Source: a virus (Duplodnaviria; Caudoviricetes). Taken from it: a stretch of 53,002 bases of DNA. Under the pieces are notes generated by a model. It made no database searches. It was not told where the DNA came from and saw only the letters and a program-made list of their open reading frames with translations. A program made the position numbers and the translations under genes. The stretch lies in IMG/VR virus record IMGVR_UViG_3300015024_000006, positions 1-53,002 of that record; one strand, written 5' to 3'. Below, piece by piece: positions 19,179 through 27,905 of the stretch; the first letter of the stretch is position 1; every line of letters begins with the position of its first letter.

Positions 19179-19862
19179 ATGTTAAGCAAAGAGCAACGTA
19201 CCGCATTAGCCGCCCCATTCCCCGCGACAGCGATCAACTGGAAAACGAGCAGCCCTGGCACAAAGAATACCACCACGGAGGTATGCGCCTATATCGATGC
19301 ACGCGACGTGATGGATCGGTTTGATGAGGTGCTTGGCTGCGATGGGTGGTCATTCGACTGGCAACCTGTTTTGATGGGAACGAATAAAAAGAACGAGCCG
19401 ATCATCATGAGTGCGAAAGGCACCATCACGATCGATGGTGCTAGCAAATCAGATATAGGCGATATGAATAACGGGAACTTCCAACCCAACAAAGCTGCCG
19501 TCTCTGATGCGCTAAAACGCGCCGCCGTCCACTTTGGTATTGCTCGCTATCTCTATGATCTTCCTGAGATGCGCGCGCAAGTCGATGGCAGCGGCAAACC
19601 GACCGCGAAAGAGCTAACACGACTAGCAAGCATCATCGCATCACTAGTGGCAGGGGGCCGATCATCGAGTATCGAGACAGCAGCGCCGAATGAAATCATG
19701 TTCCCTGCTGAGAAGATACGAGGTGCGCTAAACCGCAAGGGCATCACCACGACAGAGGCACAAGACAAGATCCTCTTGCATCTGAAACTCGACACCAAAG
19801 CAACCACCTACACGGCTGAGGATATGGAACGTATCAAAGTATCCCTCGCATTGGCGGCATAG
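19179..19862 (+). CDS. Rad52/Rad22-family single-strand annealing protein (Sak-like)
   Basis: YIDARDVMDRFDEV...W and KAAVSDALKRAAVHFGIARYLY motifs. Confidence 0.9.
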   Translation: MLSKEQRTALAAPFPATAINWKTSSPGTKNTTTEVCAYIDARDVMDRFDEVLGCDGWSFDWQPVLMGTNKKNEPIIMSAKGTITIDGASKSDIGDMNNGNFQPNKAAVSDALKRAAVHFGIARYLYDLPEMRAQVDGSGKPTAKELTRLASIIASLVAGGRSSSIETAAPNEIMFPAEKIRGALNRKGITTTEAQDKILLHLKLDTKATTYTAEDMERIKVSLALAA

Positions 19863-19873
19863 GAGAAAAAGCT

Positions 19874-20206
19874 ATGCCAATGAATCGAGCCGACTATCCC
19901 AAAAATTGGGAAGAGATCTCACTGAAGGTCCGAAGGGATGCGGGGTGGAAGTGCCAGCAATGCGGTATCGCACAACATGCCCTCACCGCCAAATCAGAGC
20001 GTACCAGAGGCACAGCCAGGGTCGTCTTGACCGTCGCTCATTTGGGAGCGACCAAACACAATAAGCACGATGTCAGCAACCTTGCCGCCCTGTGTCAGTC
20101 GTGCCACATTAAGGAAGATCAAGCCGACCATAACAAAGCCGCTGCCGAGACACGCCGCCTGCGCAAGATCGACCCCAAACAGACGACATTCGGCGGTGAC
20201 GTATGA
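19874..20206 (+). CDS. HNH endonuclease
   Basis: YP.NW, CQQC, LTVAH, NL.ALCQSCH. Confidence 0.85.
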   Translation: MPMNRADYPKNWEEISLKVRRDAGWKCQQCGIAQHALTAKSERTRGTARVVLTVAHLGATKHNKHDVSNLAALCQSCHIKEDQADHNKAAAETRRLRKIDPKQTTFGGDV

Positions 20207-20484
20207 CGCCCTTCTTCCGCTGGCACTGCGTCCCCTCAGAGACCATCTGCTCCCATTGCGAGAATGACAGCCGTTGGGCACGTCCGACCGCATACGCCGT
20301 GCCCACTGGTAAGATCAAGCGCGTGTGGGATGCTTTGCGCATGCGTCAAGTGTCGCAACCTGAGATGGTCAACACTCCCGTATCGGGCGCATGGGTGCTC
20401 TGTGTGAAGTGCATCCCTCCGACGCGCTGGCAAGCATTTTTCACCGAATATGAGCCTGAGCACATCCAACGAAAGGCGGCGTAA
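20203..20484 (+). CDS. Hypothetical protein (two CxxC)
   Basis: ATGA-coupled ORF in the early operon. Confidence 0.6.
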   Translation: MTPFFRWHCVPSETICSHCENDSRWARPTAYAVPTGKIKRVWDALRMRQVSQPEMVNTPVSGAWVLCVKCIPPTRWQAFFTEYEPEHIQRKAA

Positions 20485-20485
20485 C

Positions 20486-21481
20486 ATGCGAGCACTATCA
20501 CTGTGTAGCGGTGTGGGCATGTTGGATCTCGCCGCTGAACAGGCAGGTATTGAGATCGTAGGGCAAGTCGAGATCGATCCGTGGTGTTCGGCGTGTCTCG
20601 CATATCACTGGCCAGGCGTCACGCGCATGACCGACATCAATAAGGTGCAAGGCAATGAATTTGGAGCAATCGACATTCTTTTCGGTGGTATTCCCTGCCA
20701 ACCGTTCAGCAGTTCAGGCAAACAGCGAGGCATGCAAGACGACCGCTACCTCTGGCCAAAGACTCTTGCCATTATTACAACAGCGCGGCCCCGTTGGGTC
20801 GTTATTGAAAATGTTAGCAACTTCCTCCCAATGGTATTCGACACTGTATCGTCTGACATGGAGATGCAAGGCTACGAAGTCGGGGCGGCGTTACTTCCAG
20901 CTTGCGCACTCGATGCGTCACATGTCCGCGAACGTGCCGTCATCGTGGCCCACACCAATAGCCAACAACGCGATCGGTGGCAGGGGCTATCAGGCCGATG
21001 GGACACCCTATCCACACCGACACACGGGATCGACATTGATAGACGCGGTGGGCAAGGCATGGCAAACACCCCTCGCCAGCGATGCGAACGGGATACGCAA
21101 GCCAGATGGCAAGCGCGGCGTGGGGCTGAATACACAGGCGATGTGGGCGACCCCGACCGCGCACGATGCCAAGAACATGAGCATGCCCCCAACGGCAGCG
21201 CTGAGGGAAGACTTGACGGGCGACATGATGCGCTGCGGACAGCAGGGCTATCTCAATCCCGACTGGGTAGAGCAATTGATGGGGCTGCCCGTGGGTTGGA
21301 CCGATATCCCAACCCTGCCTTCCAAGGCGAAATCCAAGCCGTATGGGAAGCGCCCCGCACCGTCTCGCGCCGCAAAGCCAAACATGCCCATCGCCTGAAA
21401 GCACTTGGCAATGGCGTCTACGTTCCGCTTTGGCGTGAGATATTCAGTATCATCTATCAGATAGATCGGGGGATGAAATGA
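20486..21481 (+). CDS. DNA cytosine-5 methyltransferase, alpha polypeptide (lacks motif IX)
   Basis: Motif I LCSGVG, IV PCQPFS, VI ENV, VIII H.RER, X LKALGNGV. Confidence 0.9.
   Translation: MRALSLCSGVGMLDLAAEQAGIEIVGQVEIDPWCSACLAYHWPGVTRMTDINKVQGNEFGAIDILFGGIPCQPFSSSGKQRGMQDDRYLWPKTLAIITTARPRWVVIENVSNFLPMVFDTVSSDMEMQGYEVGAALLPACALDASHVRERAVIVAHTNSQQRDRWQGLSGRWDTLSTPTHGIDIDRRGGQGMANTPRQRCERDTQARWQARRGAEYTGDVGDPDRARCQEHEHAPNGSAEGRLDGRHDALRTAGLSQSRLGRAIDGAARGLDRYPNPAFQGEIQAVWEAPRTVSRRKAKHAHRLKALGNGVYVPLWREIFSIIYQIDRGMK
20655..21398 (+). CDS. C5 methyltransferase beta polypeptide in an overlapping +1 frame (motif IX, W.TP repeats)
   Basis: 247-aa nested ORF containing LNPDWVEQLMGLPVGWTD and WPTP/WQTP/WATP repeats. 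Confidence 0.8.
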   Translation: MNLEQSTFFSVVFPANRSAVQANSEACKTTATSGQRLLPLLQQRGPVGSLLKMLATSSQWYSTLYRLTWRCKATKSGRRYFQLAHSMRHMSANVPSSWPTPIANNAIGGRGYQADGTPYPHRHTGSTLIDAVGKAWQTPLASDANGIRKPDGKRGVGLNTQAMWATPTAHDAKNMSMPPTAALREDLTGDMMRCGQQGYLNPDWVEQLMGLPVGWTDIPTLPSKAKSKPYGKRPAPSRAAKPNMPIA

Positions 21482-21747
21482 GAGCAAAAGCAGTGAAGCA
21501 AGAGCGTGGTATCCATGCACACATCCTGGGCAATTCTGAGGCAGTAGCACGGATCGGGGTGAATGGCTGTGGCTATGAAATCACCAGCGATGGCCAGTCG
21601 ATCGGCATCATTGTCGAAATCAAGCGCAACTGGTGGATCGCGCAAGGGGTAACGTTCTTGGATGGCACGACCTACAAGCGCTATAAAAACATGAGCGCGG
21701 CGAGGGATGGACTTGTAGGTCGCGTCGCGAGAGAGGCAATCACATGA
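21478..21747 (+). CDS. Hypothetical protein
   Basis: ATGA-coupled to the methyltransferase gene. Confidence 0.6.
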   Translation: MRAKAVKQERGIHAHILGNSEAVARIGVNGCGYEITSDGQSIGIIVEIKRNWWIAQGVTFLDGTTYKRYKNMSAARDGLVGRVAREAIT

Positions 21748-22118
21748 TGCGGTTCACCGTCGCCTCATGGCACAAGCACCACCTTGACCACGAATGGTGG
21801 ATCGCGCATAACGGCTACACCACGATGGCATCACCGCCGCCTTGGGCATTGCAGCACAAGCGCAATCTTGCCCTCTTCACACCACCTGCTGAAATCGTCT
21901 TTGGGGACTACAGCCCCGCCGAATACGAGCAGGTGTATTGGGAGACGCTACGGCCCAAGTGGAAGGCGATCAAAGCCTGGGTAGCAGCGCAAGGCGACAC
22001 CCACGTGATCCTGCTCTGTGCCTGTGGTGATGGCAAGTTCTGTCACCGCTTGTTGATACGCCAATTGCTCCTCAGAATGGGAGCACACGAGATCGCACTA
22101 GAGGATGTGCCAACATGA
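21744..22118 (+). CDS. DUF488-like protein
   Basis: Y...Y and LLCAC.....CHR motif. Confidence 0.6.
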   Translation: MMRFTVASWHKHHLDHEWWIAHNGYTTMASPPPWALQHKRNLALFTPPAEIVFGDYSPAEYEQVYWETLRPKWKAIKAWVAAQGDTHVILLCACGDGKFCHRLLIRQLLLRMGAHEIALEDVPT

Positions 22119-22402
22119 ATAATAGTGAGCTATTGATGATGTCTGTCGAGATAGCAGTCATGATACGGCTTGATGAAATAAAGCGCATTGGACCGCCAGA
22201 TATGTCGCTTGATCGTCGCCTTGCACTTGCTGAAATTATTGGTGAGCAAGGGGATATCATCTTGTATGCCGACAAGAAGCGCACGCCCCATGCATTTACC
22301 GCATTAGTTGAGACGTTGGTGATCCTCGCACATGCCCCAGGGGGTGTGCTGTTCTGTGGACATCGCTATCAGGTCACATCTGATGAGGATGTGAAATCAT
22401 GA
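22115..22402 (+). CDS. Hypothetical protein
   Basis: Coupled ORF with RBS. Confidence 0.65.
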   Translation: MNNSELLMMSVEIAVMIRLDEIKRIGPPDMSLDRRLALAEIIGEQGDIILYADKKRTPHAFTALVETLVILAHAPGGVLFCGHRYQVTSDEDVKS

Positions 22403-22683
22403 AAGCGAACTGCCGTATCTGTCAACGTCCGCTTATGAGGCAGCGAGATATCGGACAAGGCCGTTGCATCGATCATAGTACTGATGCCAAGCTCATGCAC
22501 GGATTGATATGGAGCAAAAACGCATGTATCATGCGTGCATTCAGAGACAGCGACATGTACACCAAAGTCTCAGTAGGGGAATGGGCGCGAGAATGTGATA
22601 GTGCATGGGAACGTTGCGACATTCAAGAGCTAACCCGATTGCGGACGATCGCACGATACACGCCAAAGGAGGCGACACAATGA
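22399..22683 (+). CDS. Hypothetical protein (N-terminal CxxC)
   Basis: Coupled ORF. Confidence 0.6.
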   Translation: MKANCRICQRPLMRQRDIGQGRCIDHSTDAKLMHGLIWSKNACIMRAFRDSDMYTKVSVGEWARECDSAWERCDIQELTRLRTIARYTPKEATQ

Positions 22684-23168
22684 CACAGCTAGGGGATATC
22701 CTCATCATCGAAAACACAGAGACAGGCGCGCAGCAAGAGGTCATCATCACACAGGTATTCGGCGACGGCTGGTATCAGGTGACAGCGACCGCAACAGGCA
22801 AGACCTCGCTAATGATGCTGTTGGGTACTGAACACGTAGTGACCGATCCTGACACCATCGAAGCCGCTAAAGCCACCATGAGGGCCGCCCGTAAAGCGTT
22901 CGACACAGAAACCGATGCCGCCAATTTCTATAACCATGTGAGGACACATGAGCAGAACAGAGATGACACGGTGATAGCAGGTCGTACCGCATTGGACGCG
23001 GCAATCCAGACACCAGAGGCAGCAGAGGACATGGCGGCATTTGTCCGCTATGCCGAACAGATAGGATCGTTGGACCCGAGTGATACGGCGAAAGAAGCAC
23101 TCTACGAGCGACTACAGCAACGTATGCGGATTTGGCGCGAGGGGCTGACAAGCGACGATATCTTGTGA
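22680..23168 (+). CDS. Hypothetical protein
   Basis: AGGAGG RBS before ATG 22680. Confidence 0.7.
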   Translation: MTQLGDILIIENTETGAQQEVIITQVFGDGWYQVTATATGKTSLMMLLGTEHVVTDPDTIEAAKATMRAARKAFDTETDAANFYNHVRTHEQNRDDTVIAGRTALDAAIQTPEAAEDMAAFVRYAEQIGSLDPSDTAKEALYERLQQRMRIWREGLTSDDIL

Positions 23169-23356
23169 GCAAGATCGCGCCATAGCCGCCCGTAAAGCGT
23201 TCGACTCAGCACTACAGGCAGCCGAGGATATGGCGACGTTTGGACTGACACTGACACTCGATCAACTAGGGCCACTGAATACGAATTATGTATCAGTAGA
23301 AGCACTTTATGAGCGGCTACGTAACAGCCTACAGCAGCGACGCGAGAGGATGAATC
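23164..23356 (+). pseudogene. Degenerate partial duplicate of the 3' half of gene 22680-23168
   Basis: Exact 21-bp repeat (22884-22904 = 23185-23205), plus AAEDMA.F and EALYERL remnants in shifted frames. Confidence 0.6.
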
Positions 23357-23896
23357 ATGACGTGGAACGATGAGGACTACCAGCCAGCCGAGGGCATGTA
23401 TCCGTGCATCTCGATACAGCAACCATTCGCCAGCTTCATTAAATTTGGTGTCAAGAGCATCGAATTGCGGGGATGGTCCACAAAATACCGAGGGCCGATC
23501 CTCATCCATGCGGGTAAAGCGTGGTATGGCCAAAAGAACACTAACAAGGCATCAGAGCAGATAGGCGAGCGGAACGCAGGGATATTGGCCTGTAAGTTCC
23601 ATATGCCAGGCCCCGATGAAATCTTGACGGATGGCAGCACCTTCTATCCGCGTGGGGGCCTTGTCGCGATCGCCTATCTTGTGCGAGTGGCACACTTTAC
23701 CGCAGTGTCTTGGGAGACGTTGCGCGATGCCCATAGAAGCAACGGACCATTCGATCCGAGGGAATACGGGTGGCTGCTCGAAAACGTCAGCGGCATCGAA
23801 CCACACGTCCCCTACCCTGGCCAACAGAAGATCTTCCACGTGCCTGCTGAGATGATCCCCGCTGACATCATGCCAGCGTTTACCAAGACAGTGTGA
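23357..23896 (+). CDS. ASCH domain protein
   Basis: ISIQQPFA..I..G.K.IE.R.W.T.YRG.ILIHA motif. Confidence 0.9.
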   Translation: MTWNDEDYQPAEGMYPCISIQQPFASFIKFGVKSIELRGWSTKYRGPILIHAGKAWYGQKNTNKASEQIGERNAGILACKFHMPGPDEILTDGSTFYPRGGLVAIAYLVRVAHFTAVSWETLRDAHRSNGPFDPREYGWLLENVSGIEPHVPYPGQQKIFHVPAEMIPADIMPAFTKTV

Positions 23897-23987
23897 CCTA
23901 TTGCGGCATACGGTAGAGGGTGCTATACTTCCCCCGTCACCTTCACCGGTAACGAGCACAAGCCAAGAGCACAAATCACAAAAAGAG

Positions 23988-24015
23988 ATCCCCACAATGC
24001 AGCGATTGTGGGGAT
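23988..24015 (-). terminator. Intrinsic terminator
   Basis: ATCCCCACAAT/ATTGTGGGGAT stem followed by CTCTTTTT on the minus strand. Confidence 0.65.
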
Positions 24016-24345
24016 TGTTCCATGCACCCGAGGGAAGCTCCATAGAAAACACGCATGCCGCATAGGTATAAACCATGCGGCATGAATGCAGAACAATCCT
24101 ACTATTTGATGCACTACGGGGACACACTCAATAATGCTAGTATGCCTGACCTTCTGCGAAAACGCGCACATTCTAGGACTATCGGCTATTTCTTGAGTGG
24201 TCGCTCGATCGGCTCAATCGGGATGATATGTTCTCTGCTATGACCGCAGGGAGAGACGGTATGCTCTCTGCTCTCCTTGGCAGTCAGATGATACAGCGAT
24301 GCGCCATACAACCGACCGCATATGCTACACTTGCAGACTTTGGTT

Positions 24346-24939
24346 TCACCCATTACTCTGCTCTCTTTCCTCAGTATCCCAATTTGGAAGTGGCCCTAGC
24401 GTCTCTGCCATGCGCAACAATTCACTCCCGATGGCTGTCAGGATTTTGCTTTGTATCTCATCAGCGCTCACCCCTTGACGTTGATAGGCACTAATGGCTT
24501 TATAGATCTCGCTACGTATTTGCTCTCCCTCAGCAACCATTTTGTACATATTCCCCTGATGTGTCAAATACTGACTTGCTGTGACGGTCGTGTTGATCTT
24601 TCCATCAAGCTCACTCAACTTCTCAGCAAGCGGGGTGATTTCATCTTGAATCCGCTTTGTCGTCGTGTTGCGTGCTGTTGCCAGTCGCGCATTAACGAGA
24701 GCACGTGTCCATCCTTGCATCGCTGTTTCATTCGGCTGTACTGCTGTTGCTTCCTGTGCATCTGCCTGCCGTTCCAGTGCATCCGCCTGACGACGTGCTA
24801 AATCGGCTTGCTCTTTTTGTTGTACGTCCGCCTTGCGTGACTGATTGACTTCACGTACAAAGGAGGCGACGCCTAATCCACCGCCAATGATGCCAGCGGC
24901 AGATCCTAAGACACCAAACCAGAATGACAGATCAATCAT
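24346..24939 (-). CDS. Single-pass membrane coiled-coil protein
   Basis: N-terminal hydrophobic helix, then a Q/A/E-rich coil. Confidence 0.7.
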   Translation of the reverse strand: MIDLSFWFGVLGSAAGIIGGGLGVASFVREVNQSRKADVQQKEQADLARRQADALERQADAQEATAVQPNETAMQGWTRALVNARLATARNTTTKRIQDEITPLAEKLSELDGKINTTVTASQYLTHQGNMYKMVAEGEQIRSEIYKAISAYQRQGVSADEIQSKILTAIGSELLRMAETLGPLPNWDTEEREQSNG

Positions 24940-24960
24940 AAATATCTTCTCTCTTTGTGT

Positions 24961-25554
24961 TCATTTTCTGCTAGCATACCACGCCACGATCGCCTCTTGC
25001 TGCTCAGCATCCACAGCAATGCGGATTGTCGCACGACCTTGCTTCCATTGTCCTCGATGTGCTGATAGATCCCCGCGAGCGATCGCATAGCGGACCGTGG
25101 TGGATGACACGTTGATCCGACGACAATACGTCTCAATCGCCTCAAAACCATGCGGTAGCGTATCCGTGCCAGAAACCGACGCGCTACGATGCCGCTCACG
25201 TGGCAGTGCTGGCGGTAGGACGTGTGATGCATCATCCTGATAGGTAGCCTCGCCTAGCAACGATTGTACCTCAACCACCTGCGCTTGTAATCGTCGCATC
25301 TCTGCTGTCAACGTGATAATCCGTTGCCATGCGCCCATGAGCGTCGTAGGCAGATCATCTGGCAGTTCGAGGAGCACGATATCATGCAACGCCGCAATGC
25401 GCTGTGCATCCGCAGCCGTGATGTAATGCTTGCGTGCATCGCGTGCCCCCACCTCTTGCCGTATCCCCGCTGCCTCTAACCAGCGGCGCAACGTGCTATC
25501 ATCGATGCCCCCCATTGCCGCTAATAACTCTTGTGTCGTGTATCGCTCTCGCAT
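24961..25554 (-). CDS. MerR-like HTH protein with coiled coil and second HTH-like domain
   Basis: YTTQEL...GIDDSTLRRW at the N-terminus; C-terminal NVSSTTVRYAI..G. Confidence 0.65.
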   Translation of the reverse strand: MRERYTTQELLAAMGGIDDSTLRRWLEAAGIRQEVGARDARKHYITAADAQRIAALHDIVLLELPDDLPTTLMGAWQRIITLTAEMRRLQAQVVEVQSLLGEATYQDDASHVLPPALPRERHRSASVSGTDTLPHGFEAIETYCRRINVSSTTVRYAIARGDLSAHRGQWKQGRATIRIAVDAEQQEAIVAWYASRK

Positions 25555-25568
25555 GCCGCCCCCTGTCA

Positions 25569-25724
25569 CTCCGAATAACCCCGATACATAGCATAACACC
25601 CCGATCAATCATCCTGAGTCGGAAGACATCGGAAGATACTCATCCGTATCATTCCGAATTGCCACTAAACCATCAGACGGTATCGGAATGTATCGGAATG
25701 AATCGCCCTGGTATCTTCCGATGT
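25569..25724. repeat. Array of TCGG(A/G) motifs including a 14-bp perfect inverted repeat
   Basis: ACATCGGAAGATAC 25626-25639 / GTATCTTCCGATGT 25711-25724; TATCGGAATG x2 at 25681-25700; further copies at ~25570-25660. Confidence 0.75.
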
Positions 25725-25749
25725 TGCCTAATATTCCTTACAAAATGTC

Positions 25750-25778
25750 TTGACATCGTTAAACTATGCCGTTATAAT
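25750..25778 (+). promoter_or_regulatory. Perfect consensus sigma70 promoter of the recombinase operon
   Basis: TTGACA-17-TATAAT. Confidence 0.85.
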
Positions 25779-25787
25779 CGTGTGTAG

Positions 25788-25821
25788 TCATGCCACACTA
25801 ATACCTGTTAGTGTGGCATGA
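25788..25821. other. 34-bp loxP-like site (13-8-13)
   Basis: TCATGCCACACTA-ATACCTGT-TAGTGTGGCATGA: perfect arms, asymmetric core, 635 bp upstream of a tyrosine recombinase. Confidence 0.6.
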
Positions 25822-25840
25822 AAGAGAGGGAACCATATCT

Positions 25841-26431
25841 ATGCACAATCTCGTATCGCAGCGAACGTGTCCTCGGTGTCAATGGTCTCATCACGAAAGT
25901 GAGACATCCTGTCATTGGTGCAATTACAACATGATTGCTGGTACCACCGCCGCCGATCGGCGTCATGCCAAGCAGCCTAACTTCTATCTCGTGCGCCCAA
26001 CACCTACCAGTTTGCCGATCGTCACTGGCACGTTGTTACGGGCGGTCGATCGCACAATGGGATTACCGCCATCCTTAGCAGGTGATCCCGCGACCAGCCG
26101 CGCTATGTCGCTCCGTGATGCGTGGCATGGGATCAATGCGCTCGTCGCAGCTGGCGTTTTCTGCCGATGGGAGATACGCGATCTGATGTCCTCATGCCGC
26201 ATTTTGGGCGATCCATCACTTCCTTATTATGCAGTCATCGAAGCACAGTATATGGACATGCACGACAATAAGCAGATGTGCATGATCGCATGGACACGTT
26301 ATCTTGCAAAGGTCCACCCCGTACGCTACCAACGCCTCATGAATGAAGAGGCACACTGGATGATCATTACGACCACGTGGCTCGATATCAAAATCGAGGC
26401 AGCGCACCTGATGACAAAGGTTACCAAATGA
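25841..26431 (+). CDS. Hypothetical protein with N-terminal zinc ribbon
   Basis: CPRC..CHWC; GAGAGGG RBS before ATG 25841. Confidence 0.65.
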   Translation: MHNLVSQRTCPRCQWSHHESETSCHWCNYNMIAGTTAADRRHAKQPNFYLVRPTPTSLPIVTGTLLRAVDRTMGLPPSLAGDPATSRAMSLRDAWHGINALVAAGVFCRWEIRDLMSSCRILGDPSLPYYAVIEAQYMDMHDNKQMCMIAWTRYLAKVHPVRYQRLMNEEAHWMIITTTWLDIKIEAAHLMTKVTK

Positions 26432-26455
26432 AAGAAGACACGTAAAGGACACCAC

Positions 26456-27460
26456 ATGCAAACGATTATCGACAGCACGTCCACAATGGACCTCTCAGCA
26501 ATCAGCGATGGCCTTAGTATGCCATCGCTGATTGAAGCCTTTGCGCAATCCAAGTACAAACGTAGTCGATCCGACCGTACCCGATCGACGTATCGAGAGA
26601 CGATGCAATCCTTCCGTGCATTCGTGGATGGCATCGGCGGCGATCTCGATAGCGACCCGAAGATCATTACCGCATTCGCCGCTGATTGGGCGATGATCAG
26701 CGGCGACAAAGGAGAGCCAAGCGCAGCCACGTTTTCGCAGCGTCTGGCGATCGTCTCCTCCTTCTATGCGTTTTGTATCCGGCGCGGCTACCTGCCGACC
26801 TATACCAGTAATCCCATATCCGCGATCGATCGCGCACCCGTGCAATCGTACCGCGCCGCGACATACCTACCGACTGAGACCGTACAGAGCGTCTTGCAAC
26901 GCATCGATCGCAGCACTCAAAAAGGCATGCGGGATTATGTCTTGCTCTGCCTGGGATTAGAGACGGCACGCCGTGTCACAGAGATTGCTAACCTCACGAT
27001 CGGCGATCTGCTCATGACCGGCGATCGGATGGTTGTGCAATGGCAACGTACAAAAGGCGGTAAACGGGCTGAGGATGAGTTGGAGCCGACCCTCGCACAC
27101 AACATGCGGTCGTACTGTTACGCCGCGCATGGTCCCGCATGGCGATCGCAGCCGCAATCACCGCTGTGGATCTCGTTCCAGCCTGGAACAAAACGGCGAT
27201 TTGGGCGCGATGGTATTACCGCAATTTGCTTGCAATATTTTGGTACGGGCAAAGTCCACACGCTGCGTCACACGACGGCAAAGACGATGGAAGATCAAGG
27301 CGCATCGCTCACACAAATCCAGCACAAGCTCGGACATGAGAGCGTCGCCACCACCGCACGCTATCTCACCCAGGTGAAAAAAGCACACAACCCATACGCT
27401 GGCCAGTTAGCAACCGTATTCGGTTTCACAGAAGTAGAAGTAGAGGTAGAAGCACCATGA
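26456..27460 (+). CDS. Tyrosine recombinase (Xer/Cre-like, no obvious arm-binding domain)
   Basis: RD...R..E (box I), TKGGK, HTLRH, LGH.....T..Y catalytic residues all present. Confidence 0.95.
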   Translation: MQTIIDSTSTMDLSAISDGLSMPSLIEAFAQSKYKRSRSDRTRSTYRETMQSFRAFVDGIGGDLDSDPKIITAFAADWAMISGDKGEPSAATFSQRLAIVSSFYAFCIRRGYLPTYTSNPISAIDRAPVQSYRAATYLPTETVQSVLQRIDRSTQKGMRDYVLLCLGLETARRVTEIANLTIGDLLMTGDRMVVQWQRTKGGKRAEDELEPTLAHNMRSYCYAAHGPAWRSQPQSPLWISFQPGTKRRFGRDGITAICLQYFGTGKVHTLRHTTAKTMEDQGASLTQIQHKLGHESVATTARYLTQVKKAHNPYAGQLATVFGFTEVEVEVEAP

Positions 27461-27762
27461 GTGATACTGACATCGATCAACCTGACAGCAAAGAATGGTT
27501 CCTGCAACCACCGCCAAAATTATCACCATTGAGCAACGAATACCAACCGATCGCCTCGTACAGCCATAGCCCGTCACGTCGATCGCTGGAGAAGATCGTG
27601 CGTATTGCGGTGTCGGCTGCATTCCGTAAAAAGCTCACACATCCGATCGTCGATCCCCCCGCCATGTACACCGCACTCGATATCATCTATATCTGTTCGA
27701 TTGCTGGTAGCGTCATCCTGACATTGATCGTCTTGCTGGCCATAGCCATTGCCCGCCAATAG
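27457..27762 (+). CDS. Small C-terminally anchored membrane protein
   Basis: ATGA-coupled to the recombinase; C-terminal hydrophobic helix. Confidence 0.6.
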   Translation: MSDTDIDQPDSKEWFLQPPPKLSPLSNEYQPIASYSHSPSRRSLEKIVRIAVSAAFRKKLTHPIVDPPAMYTALDIIYICSIAGSVILTLIVLLAIAIARQ

Positions 27763-27905
27763 TCCTGCTCCGTTGCGTCGTGTGCTGTTGTCAGGCATAC
27801 TAGCAGGGCACGATGTCTTGCTAGCGGCGGGAATCATGCACAGAGCGACCGTACCGAGGTGTAGTTACCTTAGTACGGTCTCTTGTTATCATGGCGGTAT
27901 GATCG

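Noticed and set aside
23897-24345. tRNA gene or short ORFs in the structured region
   Set aside because: No cloverleaf or T-loop consensus was seen, and the ORFs lack RBS and protein-like composition.
25788-25821. Protelomerase telRL site or intrinsic terminator
   Set aside because: The centre is asymmetric, the recombinase is short and Xer/Cre-like, and there is no U-tract on the transcribed strand.
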